Positions 39,480-52,225 of a stretch of DNA of 64,000 bases are shown piece by piece. Position numbers and translations under genes: made by a program. The first letter of the stretch is position 1, and each line of letters begins with the position of its first letter. The stretch comes from Octopus bimaculoides (Eukaryota): positions 30,385,484 through 30,449,483 of the forward strand of contig NC_069005.1 in the NCBI RefSeq assembly GCF_001194135.2, read 5' to 3'. The notes beneath the pieces were generated by a model. That model made no database searches and was not told where the DNA came from. It worked only from the letters and a program-made list of their open reading frames with translations.

Positions 39480-39607
39480 TGTCATGAGCCAAAGCGCCAA
39501 AACAATTTATATAAAATGAACAGGTGATTTCTGGAACATCCGAGAAAACCACATCACGTCACAGCTTCACGTTGATTGGTCAGTTTATAGATCAATCACG
39601 TGAAGCT
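39480..39607 (-). promoter_or_regulatory. Candidate core promoter: CCAAT box, UPRE-like TGACGTGA, TATA box
   Basis: In minus-strand order: CACGTG 39602-39597, CCAAT 39579-39575, TGACGTGA 39561-39554, TATATAAA 39513-39506. The spacing fits a start site near 39483. A candidate donor GAG|GTATTT follows at 39427. Confidence 0.4.
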
Positions 39608-40169
39608 GGTGGCTTACTCGTGGCCCACAGCCGAGTATCTAGTTGTTCGGGTTCGACTCTCTGCTATATCGGCGAAGAACTGCTCTCCTCCAATTTGAAA
39701 ATGAATATTCTTATCTTTCCATCTGTTTTATGGACAGACTGTGATGCTTCGTGGCTTTTGTATGGTGTTGACATTACTTGAATAGCTCAGCTCATCCATC
39801 CAAGCTAAGGTAGATAAACATTAGCATCACTGACCTGCCCCCAGCTATATTACTACTAAAGCACCACCAACAGCACTGACAGCAACACCGATACATCACC
39901 CACAGAATCACAGGAAGCTGACCAACAGCATCACCAATAACTTCATCAGTAACATGACTGATAACATAATTAACAGCATCTCCAATTGCAAGATCAGTGG
40001 CATCGTTAATAACATTCACCAATAGCTTAACCTATATTTATCACCAATAGAATCCCCGGTAGCAAGAGCAAGAGGCGGTGTATTTGCACAACATCAATAA
40101 CAGAAACAGCAGTAACGAAATGGATGGGGGTGGGGTAAGCAAAACACAGCATCTTTCAGGATCACCACC

Positions 40170-40270
40170 ATAACCACTGCCACTACCACCACAAGCACCA
40201 CTACCACCACAAGCACCACTACCACCACAAACACCACTACCACCACAAGCACCACTACCACCATAACCAC
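40170..40270. repeat. 18-bp minisatellite in a CAC-rich tract
   Basis: (CACTACCACCACAAGCAC)n, about 4-5 copies. Confidence 0.8.
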
Positions 40271-40417
40271 TATCACTACCACCATCACCGCTGCTTCCAC
40301 CATCACCACCACACCTTCCGGAACCACTAGGCTCATCATTCGCCCCAGAGACCGCATCACCACCACCACCACCAGAATTGAAAATTAGAATTAAGACAAG
40401 ATCATCATCATCATCAT

Positions 40418-40448
<31 letters not shown>

Positions 40449-40899
40449 TATAAACAAACTTGATTTTTTACTTCCACCAACATCACCACCACCACCACCA
40501 CTACTACTACTACAATATCGCCTCTTGACACCACCTGGAATATCCCCACCTCCGCCTTCTAAGTTGCCTCTGGATTCTAAATCTCCTAATTATAGAATCT
40601 CCGTGTTGATAAACACTGCAACTGCACGCCCTTCTCTCTTCCCACCCGTAACCCCCAGCACCACACGCGGGCAATATATCCTCCTCCTCTTCTTCTTCTT
40701 CCTCCCCTATCTCCTCTTCTTCCTCCATCACCCCCACTTTCATTTCACGACGACCACAACCACTACCACCACCACCACTACAGCTGCCGCCGCCGCCGCC
40801 GCTGGGCTTCTACCTTGGCGAGCAGGATTTTTGGTATGACTCCGAAAAGGCTGTTCCAGAAATTGCCTTCCAGACCTTTCATTCCTCCTCCTCCTCCTC

Positions 40900-40930
<31 letters not shown>

Positions 40931-42136
40931 TATATATATATACATATATTTATACATACATACATACATACATATATATAGTTAATGTTTGCGTTCTAAT
41001 GTATACATATATGTATACACATGCTGAAACACACACACACATATAATCTCCAATCCAACAAAGAATTCTTTATAAATAAATACGTGCGCACGCGCGTTTA
41101 AAGTCTTCCTCCCTCTCTCTCTCTCTGTGTCTGTGTGTGTGTGTGTGTGTGTATCTATATATTGAGAGATATACATATGTGTGTGAGGTTGTGTTTGATG
41201 CAAGGGTGCAAGCGCGTACACAAGTATGTATTGTCTGCGTCTGTTATTTCTGTTCAGAATTGTGGAAGTTGCCAATATTTATCCGTTTTGTCTACATCAA
41301 ACAGGAGCAACCAGAACAATAGCAAAACCAGCAACAACAACAACAACAACAGCATCCCCATCACCCCCACCACCACCTACAACAACAAGAACGGCAACAA
41401 CAAAGGCGATTATTATCGATAAATATTTATATTTTTATAGAACATAAATATTGTGCGTGTATATATATATATATTTATATATGTATACGTGCGCGCGCGC
41501 ACGTGTGAGTGTGTGTATAATTCTATATTTACAGTTTATATTTGTATATTTAATTATAGATGGCTTATAATGTACATGTATAATATATCATCTATATATG
41601 ATACATGTCTTTATGTGTATGCGTGTGCGTATAAATATATATATGTATGTATGTATGTATACACACACACACACACACACACACAAAATTATTTAACCAT
41701 TATAATTCGGCTACATGCGACAAAATTTCGGAGGCTTCTAAACGAGAACGTACAAGATAAGGTTGCATATACATACAAATATACATACATGCACATGCAT
41801 GCAAATATATATACTTACACACACACACACACACACACACCATTTAATGTACACAGTATTCAAAATAAGAGTCGTTAATCGTTTCTTGCTGTAGAAACAT
41901 AGAGATTAGGCAGATTTACATAACGCGCCTTGTGTCTCCGAGCAATCCCTGGCTCGGGGCACATGGTTAGTTCTGTCTGAAAACCAGGACGCTGGTATAT
42001 GAGAAATCACGAGGAAGAAAAACGCGAATAAGGCTGATGCGAAAAGTGGAATGAGGAGACAAACGGTATATTTATATGGGGAGAGAAAGAGAGAGAGACA
42101 GAGAGTGAGTGAGTGAGAGAGAGACAGAGAGTGAGT

Positions 42137-42177
<41 letters not shown>

Positions 42178-42776
42178 GCCAACATCAAACACTTGACTTT
42201 ATGTTATCAACTCCGAAAGTATGAAAGGTAAAGTTAACCTAAGTGAGATTTGAACTCGGAACGCAGAGTCGAAATGAAAGCAATGAAATAATAAAAGAAA
42301 ATAGCCATCTGTATATCAGGCTGAATGTAAATACATCGTAAGAAAAGTTAATTCACTGCGCTGTTCGTCCAGTGATAATATTGCCTATGGACATATTGTT
42401 TAAAAACTGAATTCGCTTTTAGATATTCTGTGTTTAAAACAACGTGTTGCAGCAGCTGGTAAAAATACTAGATGCGCATTTCTGCTTTTTTGGGTGTTGT
42501 CAGTAGCCATCGGTGAATTTTATATATAAACTCACAGTAAACATTCAGAATGTAAACACAACCACTATTAGAAATTTTATAATAAAAAAACAGTCCATTA
42601 TTGACCTTCCCGGTTTTTTTTTTATATCAGAGGTTACATTCCTCAAGTTTGAATTTTGCGGGCGATTTCGCTGGTATTTCTAGCAAGTCAAATACGAACG
42701 TCGAACTCGCCCCACTACCATCATTCGCTTTGATAAAAAAATATGTTGTAAATATTTGTTCAATTCGTATTTGGAA

Positions 42777-43102
42777 GTTAGACGGCACGAGGAACATTCT
42801 AATGAAGTTGAACATCTTATCTGGCTACCACAGTCCCCAGATCTTAATATTATTGAACATTTATGGTGCATTTTAGAAAAAACAAGTAAGGAGTCGATAT
42901 CCTCCACCATCATCGCTACAAGAACTGGAGACTGTTTTAGTTGAAGAATGGACTAAAATTCCTTTGGAAACAATTCAAGCTTTGTACGTATCCATACCTC
43001 GTAGAATTTAAGCTCTAATTACCGCCAAAGGCGGTCCTACCCCATGTTAAAATTAATTTATTTGGAATTTTAAGGTGTTTCCATTATCTTGTCCAACCTC
43101 TG
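42777..43102 (+). mobile_element. Tc1-family transposon 3' fragment with right TIR
   Basis: Translates as EHLIWLPQSPDLNIIEHLWCILEK/QVRSRYPPPSSLQELETVLVEEWTKIPLETIQALYVSIPRRI*ALITAKGGPT (Tc1 SPDLNxIE motif). Ends ...TTGTCCAACCTCTG-TA. Confidence 0.85.
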
Positions 43103-44004
43103 TATATCAATAACAAATTTATTAGTTTAACGCTCGGAAAGTGAGAAAGTCTTTTACGTTTCGAGCCTACGCTCTTCGACAGAAAGGAACACAGAAATAA
43201 ACAGGGAGAGAAAATAGAAAAAGGTTTAGTGGCTAGCGATCTTACATGGCGAATGTATTGGATGAATACACACACACATGTATTAGTGGTACAGATTATC
43301 GAGTGGAAAAAGCTGGTCATTGCATAAACAAGGGTGCGAAAACATATAAGCATATAGAATCAAGTAAGCAATTGGGCAATATATATATATTCACGTCGTG
43401 TGCCTATAGTAGTAAGGAGTATTTCCCGATATATCCAAAAGCTTGACATGGAATTTGGGGCACCATAGTATCGTATAGTGTTTACGTCATAAGTAGGATC
43501 CGCTTTGATAGGTTACATTAAAACTCTATATGTTTAAGGAAAGAAGTTCATGATTGCTTTGAGAGTAACGCCCATGGCCTTATTGTAATATTTTTTTAAT
43601 GTATTTAAGTACTCTTGTTTAGTCAGATAGTGAATTAATAAAATAAGTCACGTGTTTCAACGACATGAATTTTTATTCTTTTTACCTAGTGTCACCTAAT
43701 TCAACATCGTCACACCTCGTCACACAGTCAAACTTCGTCACATATCGCCTCCTCACGCTATCAAACTTTTAATTCTGTTTCGCACAGTCTTCCTCCTTTT
43801 CTCCACGTCATGTAGCTTCATGTTTTCTATTTCGTTTTGTAAAATATATTTCTGTCTTCTTTTCGATTTTCCCCCAAATTACAAAAATAGAAAGTTAACA
43901 GGTATTATATATAAACCGAGAGAAATTAATTTCATTGTTTTCAACGATGACTACTCGAGTCGTTTGACGTAAATACTGAAATATATTGATGGTATATAAA
44001 AAAA

Positions 44005-44278
44005 TGAGTACTCCGTCGGGTCCCGGCTGATACGATCAACGGAACAGCTTGCTCGTGAAATTAACGTGCAAGTGGCTGAGCACTCCACAGACACTGTACC
44101 CTACCCTTAACGTAGTTCTCAGGGAGATACAATGTGACACGGCTGGCCCTTTGAAATGCCAGCAGAGTGGGCTGGAGCAACGTAAAATAAAGTGTCTTGT
44201 TCAAGGACACAACGTGACGCCGGGAATTGAACTCACGACCTTAGGATCGTGAGTCGAATGTCCTAACCACTAAGACAG
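44005..44278 (-). mobile_element. tRNA-derived SINE, family A2 (different head and body, family A tail)
   Basis: Minus-strand head TTAGTGGTTAGGACATTCGACTCACGATCC...GAGTTCAATTCCC. The 3' about 130 bp match the family A tail (GTGGAGTGCTCAGCCACTTGCACGTTAATTTCACGAGC). Confidence 0.8.
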
Positions 44279-45464
44279 GCCCCTAGCTTGTGAATATTGT
44301 CAAAAGACATACGTTATAAGTGTATATTCCAAAAGACGCTATTTGCATGAAAAACAAAAGTTAAGTGGTTACGGAGATTCATACACGTATGTATTAAAAC
44401 ACGTATATATTAAAACAATGCAGACAAACTATCACCCTGCAGGATGCCTTTTTTCATAATGTTTGGTACTAGATGTTATAGACTGAGTTTTACCTTTCAG
44501 AAGTAAGAAGTGTACCAAGTCTTGCTTATTAGTTGAACAGCAGCTGTCTTTAGTTTTGAAACTTTGGCTAATTGTAATTCTTCCATAATACATTCAAGTG
44601 GTGGTGGTGGTGGTGGTAGTAGTAGTGGTGGTGGTGGTGGTGGTAGTAGTAGTTGAAAGATGTCCGGTTGACAGTCATCATCGGTACCGTCGGACAGAAT
44701 GGCGAGCGATATTTCGTTTGTCTTTATATTCTGAGTTCAAATTCCGTCCAAGCTGACCTGACTTAGCCGTTCATCCTTTCGTAACCGATAAAATGAGAAA
44801 CCAGTCAACAAGCATTAACACCCTACTACAAATGTCAGTCCTTGCGTCTTCTTCTTCTTCTTCTTCTTCTTCTTCTTCTTCTTCTTCTTCTTCTTCTTCT
44901 TCATGATGATGATGAGAATGATAATGGTGGTGGCGATGATGATCATCATTATGATCCTAATGACGATGATCATCATCACAATAGCGGTTGTGGTGGTGAT
45001 GTCGATGACGACGACGACGACGGCGGCGTTGGTCATCAGGATGATGGTGATGACGATGATTTATGTTTGACTGTTTTCAGCTTTGTTCATTTGTTTAATT
45101 AATTACAATATTGTATTACGCGAGAAAATCTGTCAGGTGACCATCACAACAGATTAGTGATGGTGGTGGCGGTTGAGGTGTTGCTGGTGTCATGATGGCG
45201 GCGGTAGTGTTAATGGCAACAGTGGTGGTGGAGGAGGGGTTAGGGTTGAGTTGTGGTGCCGGTGGTTTTTTTTTTTTTTGAAGATTTTTAATAGCGTTGT
45301 CGGCGGTTGTATAAGCGTGTTGCTGCAGTGATGATGATGTGGTGGCGGTGATGATGGTAGTGGTTGGTATTGGTGATGTGTTTGGGCCGGTGGCGGCGGC
45401 AGTGATGGTGGTTATGGCATAATGGNNNNNNNNNNNNNNNNNNNNNNNNNNNNNNNNNNNNNNN

Positions 45465-45506
<42 letters not shown>

Positions 45507-45664
45507 GTATACATGGTGGTTGTCTACTCCTTAAACAGAGTTTGACCACCTCCTGCACCTACACCTTAGCCCTTTCATGCATATATATATATATATATAT
45601 ATACATACACATACCTCCATATGTATATGTGTATACACACACATACGTGTATGTGTGTATATAC

Positions 45665-45705
<41 letters not shown>

Positions 45706-46753
45706 CATACACATGCGTATATGTATATATGTGTATATGTTTATATGTATGTATATATATATGCATAAACATGTGCGCGCGCGCGTGTGTATGGATATAC
45801 ATACATATATATCGAAAGAGAGAGAGAGAGAGAGAGGAAGGGTGGTAGGGAGAGAGAGAGATAGTGGAGAAATGAGTGGCAGCAGAAGATAAATGGAAGC
45901 GGAGGGGGGGGGGGCGAGGAGGTGGAGAAGAGAAAAATAAGTTGAACAGCTGTGTGTCTGCCTGTCTAGTTATAAAAAGTTCATTAAGTAATAGAGAAAA
46001 ATAAATGAAGAAAAAAAATTAAAATAATAAACAAACAAACCAAAAACAATCAACGAAAATACAAAAAATGCCAAGAAATATAATTTAGCTTTGGCACGAT
46101 TAAAACAAAAATGAAAAAAAAAAAAAGAAAAGAAAAGAAAAAGTACATAACAACAACGGAAAATTAGCCGCTAAAAAACAAACTGACAAACATATCTAAA
46201 AAACAACAGAAATAAATTTCGTAAGAAGAATAGGATTGTTTGTTCGGAAAGAATACCTCCTCACTGCCCTGGCGTTTATGGGGAGGTGGTGATCCAGTGA
46301 GATATTGTGCTACATACGTCATCCTTGAGTAATATATCTTGAACTCATCACCTGTGTATATATATATATATATATATATAAACACACACACACACATACA
46401 AACAGACATATACACACAGACACACACACACATACATATATGCATATAAACCTGTACATAATCAAATGTTTCTTTCTAGTTTGTTAACGAAATTGGAGGA
46501 TAGTACTCAATACATGATTTTTGGGTGTGTTATTGTTTTAAACTGAAATTCTTTTTTCCGCAATTCGAATTTCATGTCCACGCGATTTTCTCGCTTGAAG
46601 ATCGCATTGTCGTGAAACTTGAGTTACGACACAAAAGGATTTCCGTTTATATACACAAAAACACGTGCGCTCACACTAACATGCACACACACACACACAC
46701 ATGCACAAAAATTCCCCAAGAACTTTCTTGACAATATATATATTCTTAATATA

Positions 46754-46895
46754 TTCAGTTAATGACATCCAGAGAGACCAGGTGGTTGTGTATCAGCTAA
46801 TGACATCCAGAAATACCAGATGGCTGTGTGTCAGCTAATGACACCGAGAGGAACCTGGTGATTATGTATTTGATAGTGACACCCAGAGGGGCCAG
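46754..46895. repeat. 38-bp minisatellite, about 3.5 diverging copies
   Basis: TAATGACA/TAGTGACA at 46760, 46798, 46836 and 46874. Confidence 0.85.
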
Positions 46896-47368
46896 TTTAC
46901 CAAACGAGTGGTTTCTCTCCTGATTTCAATAATCCAGTTTCATTCACAAATCTTGAGTCGAGCTGATGCTGTAGTAGAAAAAAAATATGCATATATCACT
47001 GAGTTGTTAAATGGAATGTAGAACTACAGAGTTACGAAGTGAACTTTTTGACTGCACAACCACGCAGTTGTATTAAAAATGTTGATCATACACTGATCAC
47101 AAACGGAAATTCTGATCAACTACTTCGTATGACTTTGGAAAGCAGCGCTCAACGCTCTCCGTAGATCAAAGTGGAATAGAGTTAAGTTCAAAGACTAACA
47201 GTACGATAGCATGAATACAAATGAAAGGAAGATGTCTTTTATTGAATATAAGAATTCTATGAAGTCTTCGGTTCTAATTATGGTTTTCAGACGTAAGAAA
47301 TTCAACGATATTGTGGTGAAACTAGTTTCTGAGATTAAAGTGTTTAAATTGACGGAAGGAAGAGAAAG

Positions 47369-47441
47369 GGTTAATTGGTGCAATTGGTAGCACGTCGATC
47401 ATGGCTACAGAAGATGCGTGTTTCGAGTCTTGCTGGTAACT
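47369..47441 (+). pseudogene. tRNA-like pseudogene or orphan SINE head (tRNA-Trp-like sequence, broken anticodon arm)
   Basis: 73 nt long, with U8, D-stem GTGC/GCAC, a 17-nt anticodon segment with only 3 of 5 pairs, T-arm GCGTG-TTTCGAGT-CTTGC, a partial acceptor stem and a downstream T-run. Confidence 0.5.
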
Positions 47442-47463
47442 TTCTGTTTATCTTTTCAATCCA

Positions 47464-47840
47464 GTGGAGGCGCAATGGCCCAATGGTTAGGGCAGCGGAC
47501 TCGCGGTCATAGGATCGCGGTTTCGATTCCCAGACCGGGCGTTGTGAGTGTTTATTGAGCGAAAACACCTAAAGGCCTACGAGGCTCCGGCAGGGGATGG
47601 TGGCGAACCCTGCTGTACTCTTTCACCACAACTTTCTCTCACTCTTACTTCCTGTTTCTGTTGTGCCTGTAATTCAAAACCTTGTGTCACGCTGAATCTC
47701 CCCGAGCACTACGTTAAGGGTACACGTGTCTGTGGAGTGCTCAGCCACTTGCACATTAATTTCACGAGCAGGCTGTTGTTCTGTTGATTGGATCAACTGG
47801 AACCCTCGACGTCGTAAGCGACGGAGTGCCAACAACAACA
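47464..47840 (+). mobile_element. tRNA-derived SINE, family A
   Basis: Near-identical to 38908-39292 apart from a short internal deletion. (CAA)n tail. Confidence 0.9.
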
Positions 47841-49435
47841 TTGATCTAGTAGACCTACCATGTAACATAGCTGTTGTTGTCGCTTCTACTGCTGTTGCTG
47901 TTATTTTTTGGCTTCCTGCTCGGCGTTGAACCAGCAGATCTACATCCGATGTACCTTTGGTGTTTGTGTTGCTACTGCTGCAGCACTTGTTGTTATTGTT
48001 TTTGTTGGTGTTGTTGTTGTTCTTGTGGCTATTGTTTCGCCCCTTGTCAGTTCTGGTATTTGTCAATAAAAAAAAGAGAACGGTCGGTGGCATTGAAGTG
48101 GACATCGCGTCAGGTTTTAGTTTTGTCACGTCCCCTTACGTTCCATCAATCAAAACCCTTTTGAGACAGACCTCGCCTTTCATCCTTCTGGCGATCAATA
48201 AAACTGTGTCAGTCAAGTGGTGCAGTCGATCAAATCGATCCCCGACCCCGCCCACTCTCCTTCACCTCCATCGATCTCCATTCAAATCTATGGCCTTTCA
48301 CCAAACTTGAGAAATTCCTGTTTAGCAAATGTTCTTTTGATTATTTTGATTTTCCGGCTCCTTTCAAGATGCTTTTTTTTTTTCCAATACGAATCGAGTG
48401 TTTTCAATCTGATTGAGTTTAGGAGAGTTTTATGTGATAATGTCGTTGCTCCACTGATTCTGTCGTAAAAATCATTATGGCGAGCAAAGTGGCGAGCTGG
48501 CAGACTCGTTAGCACACCGGGCCACATGCTTAGCAGCACTTTGTCTTTATGTTTCGAGTTCAAATTCCACCACGGTCGACTTTGCCTTTCACCTTATATC
48601 TTGGACATAGAGTTACCCAAGGTTTCGCATTTACAAAGTAAAGCCTTGTGGACAGCTTGTCAGACTCTCTATAAATACAGAATTTTAAATATCTACGTCG
48701 CAGACGTGAGGAAATTACATTGCGGGACTGGTCACTCTATCTGTATCTATGGTTTGTTCATTATCCGTGGCGGTGGTACCGGGGTCTTAGGTGACGCCCT
48801 CAATGATGCTGGTCCAGGACTGGTTATTATCTTTGGGCGTGGCAATTGTATTGGCGTGAAAACTGGTTAATCTGCTAACAACTGATAACCTTTACACATG
48901 TAGCCTGATTGCTCTGGTTTATCTTCATCTCCGCAAGTGTGCGGGCGGATACAGTTTTCAGGCATGCATCATGTATCCATCACTATCCATCACCATAGGC
49001 CTTTATAAAATACAAAACGGACGAAGGAAGGAAATGGTAGTGGGACGTCTGTACATCACAGGAGTTAAGTGACGTTGGCCGTAGAGCACTCTTGCCACTC
49101 TCTCGGTCACTATGGGAGGTTCCAGTGACAAACGTTGCAAGATGACTGGTACACTTTCGACCGCAAGTTTTATGTCAGACTGTCATTCTCCTAGAAGAGC
49201 TGCCTTCCCTACAGCTTTATGAAGAAATAACCGGAGCCTCCGCCATACTTGGGAAACCTACTCAATTCACAGATGAGACCTGACAGGTGCAGCCGTTTCG
49301 GGTGACAACTGACCTGGGTCTAATGGTAATTAAGGGTTGACTCTACGCTGCCCACAACTCCGGAAATCCCAAAATGGAGTTTCACCACCGGATGCAATTT
49401 TATCTATACCTAGGGGACGCGCGCACGCGCGCGCG

Positions 49436-49468
<33 letters not shown>

Positions 49469-50504
49469 ACACGCACACGCACACACACACACATGTATAT
49501 ATAAAGAGAGAGAGGGAGAGCGAGAGAGAGATAGAATCGTTCCTTGATCGCAGCAGAAACTTATTTTGTTCCATCAAGTTTGAAATCTGATCCTACGGTT
49601 GTTCGGCTCGCATAGCCATATGGTACTATATAAGTGTGTTACGTAATGTCATATGTGTACACACACACGCACATACACACACGTATATATAAATACACAC
49701 ACACACACACTCAGATGTATGTGTGCTTGTGTGTGTGTGTGTGTGCTATAGTATAGGTGCACGGTTTGCGCATATGTATCCACTATGAACATAGAAACAT
49801 ATGTATGTTTAGGTATATGTGAAAGTATTGCTAATCCCAAATTCCCATTAACATTACACACGCCGCCGCCACCACCACCACCACCACCACCACCACTACT
49901 ACTACCACCACTACTACCACCATTCTTGCCATCAGTACCATCCATCCATCCTTGAGAAATGATGCCAGTCGGCCGATGAGGTTTCGTATTTCAACAAGAG
50001 GTGCTGCTGAAGAAATACAGATAGGGATATAAATAGTGAATATGTATGGAGATGGAGGGGGGGGGGGAAAGAAGTGAGAATAAGAAAGAGAGAGAGAGGA
50101 GAGGGAGAGAGAAGAAGATGGAGGGGGAGAAATGAAAGAAGGGGTGTGTAAGGTGGTGGTGGTGGTGTTGGTGTGTCAGCTATTTTTGGTTCTAGCAAGG
50201 TAAACCAAAGGCATGTACACATAGCACCTTCACAAACACGTGTGCATATGTGTGTGCGTGCGTGCATGTGCGTACGTGTGCGCATGCGTGTGTGTGTGTG
50301 TGTTTGTTTGTATGTATACACGCACTTATACATGCACGCGTGTATACGTACAAACATACGCAGATTGAGATTTCACATACAGAGGCACCCGCTGACACAC
50401 ACGCGCGCAAACACGCACACGCACATGCATCACACACATATACACACACACACACACACTTATGTTTGACTATTTTTCGAAAGTACTTGCACAAACAAAA
50501 GTGC

Positions 50505-50620
<116 letters not shown>

Positions 50621-51689
50621 GTGCGCGTGTGTGTGTGTTTAGACACAAACACATACGTATACAAAAATGCACACTCACAGACATACACTACAGGCATACA
50701 CACACACACATACATACATACATGCGCATATATATATATTCCCACACACATACATACATGCTGTCCCCACTCCCACACTTACTCAAAACTGAGGCACACA
50801 CATACACATATACTCACACACATACGCACACACCTACACAGACATACTCACGCACATGTATATCCATACACATACACACGCACACGCTCCCCACCATCGC
50901 CATACTGCAGTCCTTTTGTCCCATTTGTTGACGGTGTTTCTTGATATTTCTTGAAGTTTCTTTGTACTTCTTGGAGTCGCAGAAAACTACAAACCAGGAA
51001 TAGCGAAGATGCCGGTGGTGACGATGAAAACGACGCTGTGGCTGCTGCCGTTGGTGTTGATGACAATGACGACGATGATGATGATGACGACGATGATGAT
51101 GATGACGACGATGATGATGATGACGACGATGACGATGACAATAGTGATGATAAATATATCATTAACAACAAAAATAATAATTTATTCTTTCATCGAGCTC
51201 TTTTCGTAGACTTTGCTTTCTCGATATAACTGACGAATATTTCCACACATANNNNNNNNNNNNNNNNNNNNNNNNNNNNNNNNNNNNNNNNNNNNNNNNN
51301 NNNNNNNNNNNNNNNNNNNNNNNNNNNNNNNNNNNNNNNNNNNNNNNNNNNNNNNNNNNNNNNNNNNNNNNNNNNNNNNNNNNNNNNNNNNNNNNNNNNN
51401 NNNNNNNNNNNNNNNNNNNNNNNNNNNNNNNNNNNNNNNNNNNNNNNNNNNNNNNNNNNNNNNNNNNNNNNNNNNNNNNNNNNNNNNNNNNNNNNNNNNN
51501 NNNNNNNNNNNNNNNNNNNNNNNNNNNNNNNNNNNNNNNNNNNNNNNNNNNNNNNNNNNNNNNNNNNNNNNNNNNNNNNNNNNNNNNNNNNNNNNNNNNN
51601 NNNNNNNNNNNNNNNNNNNNNNNNNNNNNNNNNNNNNNNNNNNNNNNNNNNNNNNNNNNNNNNNNNNNNNNNNNNNNNNNNNNNNNNNN

Positions 51690-51724
<35 letters not shown>

Positions 51725-51883
51725 TAAACCTTACTTTGAACAATAAACATTTTTTTATGGTGCTGCTAATCAAATGAACAGACATGTTTATACGTGCCTA
51801 CTTTTACATGCGTTCATCTCACTAAAACATAATTATTTCCTGACTGAAAATAAAATATAAATTAATTTTATTTTCAATATAAA

Positions 51884-52045
51884 GGCACTGGCGTGGTAAG
51901 AGGCTTGCTTTCCAACCACATGGTTACGGGTTTGGTCCCACTGCGTGGCACCTTGGGTCAGTGTCTTCTATTATAGTCTCAAGTAGACTACAGCTTTGTG
52001 AGTAGATTTGGTACATGGAAACTCAAAGAAGCTTGTTGTATAGAC
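51884..52045 (+). mobile_element. Family B SINE 5' half
   Basis: Collinear with 27887-28042. Other degraded copies at about 1670-1760(-), 4685-4860(+), 6030-6210(-), 19810-19900(-), 26992-27092(+) and 33860-33990(-). Confidence 0.75.
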
Positions 52046-52193
52046 ACACACACACACACGAAATTTAATAAATGACAAGAGAATGAGAAATTAAGTAATG
52101 AACTTCATCAGCTTACAAGTGTTTCTGCTATAAGCTGCAATGCACTCGTGTATATGTTTTCCTGGGAAAACAAAACATCAGAATGCAGGACCT

Positions 52194-52225
<32 letters not shown>

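Noticed and set aside
40041-40457. Gly-rich ORF (GGSGAC repeats) or formin-like PLPPQA frame on the other strand
   Set aside because: Explained by an 18-bp minisatellite in a CAC-rich tract. The Pro-rich frame is bracketed by TAA stops and there are no convincing splice sites.
43803-43811. Perfect UPRE/XBP1 site (ATGACGTGG on minus)
   Set aside because: An isolated 9-mer in repeat-like sequence with no CCAAT or core-promoter context.
46754-46895. Regularly spaced repeat as a CRISPR array
   Set aside because: The units are contiguous with no unique spacers, the context is eukaryotic, and there are no cas genes.
48700-49200. LINE endonuclease-like fragment on the minus strand
   Set aside because: Similarity is only impressionistic with many stops; not listed as a feature without a profile search.
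50951-51229. Asp-rich ORF
   Set aside because: Driven by a (GAT/GAC)n microsatellite; non-ATG start and no recognisable domain.
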